The notes below the pieces were generated by a model. The model did not search any database, was not told where the DNA came from, and saw only the letters and a program-made list of their open reading frames with translations. A stretch of DNA of 64,000 bases from Patescibacteria group bacterium (lineage in GTDB: Bacteria > Patescibacteriota > Minisyncoccia > Phycocordibacterales > DATDWN01): assembly GCA_040384485.1 (NCBI GenBank), contig JAZKJH010000003.1:71556-135555 (forward strand), in the 5' to 3' direction. Made by a program: the position numbers and the translations under genes. How positions within the stretch are numbered: position 1 is the first letter of the stretch; every line of letters begins with the position of its first letter. Positions 63,086 to 64,000 of the stretch are shown here, one piece after another.

Positions 63086-64000
63086 ATGCTAGGAATGAGA
63101 AGCTCTCTAAAAAAAGCCTGGAAACAAGCTCTTTCTTTAAAAAAGCATGGTTTTCGAAATATATCTATATTTATAATATCCTGTGGCATGGTTTTGGCTG
63201 GATTGGCTTTTGTTTGGGTTTCTACCTTTAAAATACCTTCTGTTGATACTATTGAAGCTAGAAAAGTTAGTCAGTCTACAAAAATATATGATAATACAGG
63301 GGAAATTTTGCTTTTTGATGTGTTCCAAGACACCAGACGAACGGTGGTTCCTTTTGACCAAATATCTAAATATATAAAAGACGCTACTATTTCTATTGAA
63401 GACAAGGAATTTTATGAACATAAAGGTTTTAAACCGACATCATTTTTGAGAGCGGTTTTTGTAAACACTTTAACCCAAGAATTCTCTCAGGGTGGGTCAA
63501 CTATTACTCAACAAGTTGTCAAAAACTCTATTTTGGTTGGAGATAAGACGATAACAAGAAAGTTGAAGGAAATTGTGCTTGCCTTAAAACTTGAAAAGAT
63601 AATATCTAAAGAAGAGATTTTGAATATGTATTTAAATGAAAACCCATATGGTGGAAGTATATATGGTGCGGAAGAAGCTAGTCAGTCTTTTTTTGGTAAA
63701 AGCGCTAATGAGGTCACTCTTGCCGAAGCTGCTTATCTAGCTGCCCTTCCCCAAGCCCCTTCTTTTTATTCACCTTATGGTAAAAACAAGAGCAGACTTG
63801 ATGACAGAAAAAATCTTGTGTTAAGGGAGATGTTGTCTGATGGAAAAATAAGTCAAGGTGAATATGATGCTGCTACAAAAGAAGAGGTGGTGTTTCTACC
63901 TAAATCAAGTCGTGGAATCAAAGCTCCACATTTTGTAATGTTTGTTCGGGATTATTTGGAAAAGAAATATGGAGCAGATGTTATTGAGCAAGGAGGTTTG
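63086..64000 (+). CDS. Penicillin-binding protein 1A-like (glycosyltransferase GT51 domain), N-terminal part; continues past window end
   Basis: Open frame from ATG 63086: cytoplasmic tail, TM ISIFIISCGMVLAGLAFVWV, then GT51 motifs EDKEFYEHKGF, QGGSTITQQVVKN, RKLKEIVLALKLE. Not in the ORF track because there is no stop within the window. Confidence 0.8.
   Translation, partial: MLGMRSSLKKAWKQALSLKKHGFRNISIFIISCGMVLAGLAFVWVSTFKIPSVDTIEARKVSQSTKIYDNTGEILLFDVFQDTRRTVVPFDQISKYIKDATISIEDKEFYEHKGFKPTSFLRAVFVNTLTQEFSQGGSTITQQVVKNSILVGDKTITRKLKEIVLALKLEKIISKEEILNMYLNENPYGGSIYGAEEASQSFFGKSANEVTLAEAAYLAALPQAPSFYSPYGKNKSRLDDRKNLVLREMLSDGKISQGEYDAATKEEVVFLPKSSRGIKAPHFVMFVRDYLEKKYGADVIEQGGL

Noticed and set aside
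63137-63421. 94-aa minus-strand ORF and 64-aa plus ORF (63183-63377)
   Set aside because: They overlap the start of the PBP1A-like gene, which has clear TM and GT51 motifs in another frame.

Overview
The window looks like a small, low-GC bacterial genome, most plausibly Candidate Phyla Radiation / Patescibacteria-like. The evidence is compact housekeeping genes, a reduced RNase P RNA, pilus genes and three giant Gly/Thr/Ser-rich surface proteins.

Housekeeping content:
- DNA repair and recombination: ruvX, ruvA, ruvB, ruvC and mutM.
- Replication: polA and holA.
- Translation, tRNA modification and cell envelope: tsaE, lepA, murJ, gatB, obg, tyrS, rpsT and a partial PBP1A.
- Regulation and pili: an ECF sigma / anti-sigma pair, pilB, and a partial pilM at the left edge.
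- RNA genes: three tRNAs (Ser-TGA, Lys-TTT, and one with an odd anticodon stem, possibly Arg-GCG) and rnpB.

Most notable finding. A visibly GC-richer island (~2200-8350) sits between two tRNA genes that carry decayed copies of tRNA 3' ends. It encodes a ubiquitin-like beta-grasp protein, a short E1-like adenylyltransferase and a JAB/JAMM metalloprotease with an exact HxHx7Sx2D motif, translationally coupled. Nearby is a 579-aa protein with a UBC-like HP[NH]-x9-Cys motif (candidate E2). The island also carries a His/Trp-rich membrane protein behind a perfect 14-bp palindromic operator, and an FAD-dependent oxidoreductase. This is a candidate ubiquitin-like conjugation system, either an antiphage Bil/Bub-like system or a sulfur-carrier type, in a CPR-like genome.

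Second focus. Three paralogous giant genes on 33285-58320 (3878, 1463 and 2788 aa) share nearly identical 5' and 3' modules and internal ~170-bp repeats. They have phage-tail-fibre-like intramolecular chaperone (S74) domains, a C-terminal DUF5011-like Ig domain and, in one case, FG-GAP repeats. Two of them carry MerR-like HTH motifs at their cytoplasmic N-termini, and a stand-alone MerR-like gene lies divergent to one of them.
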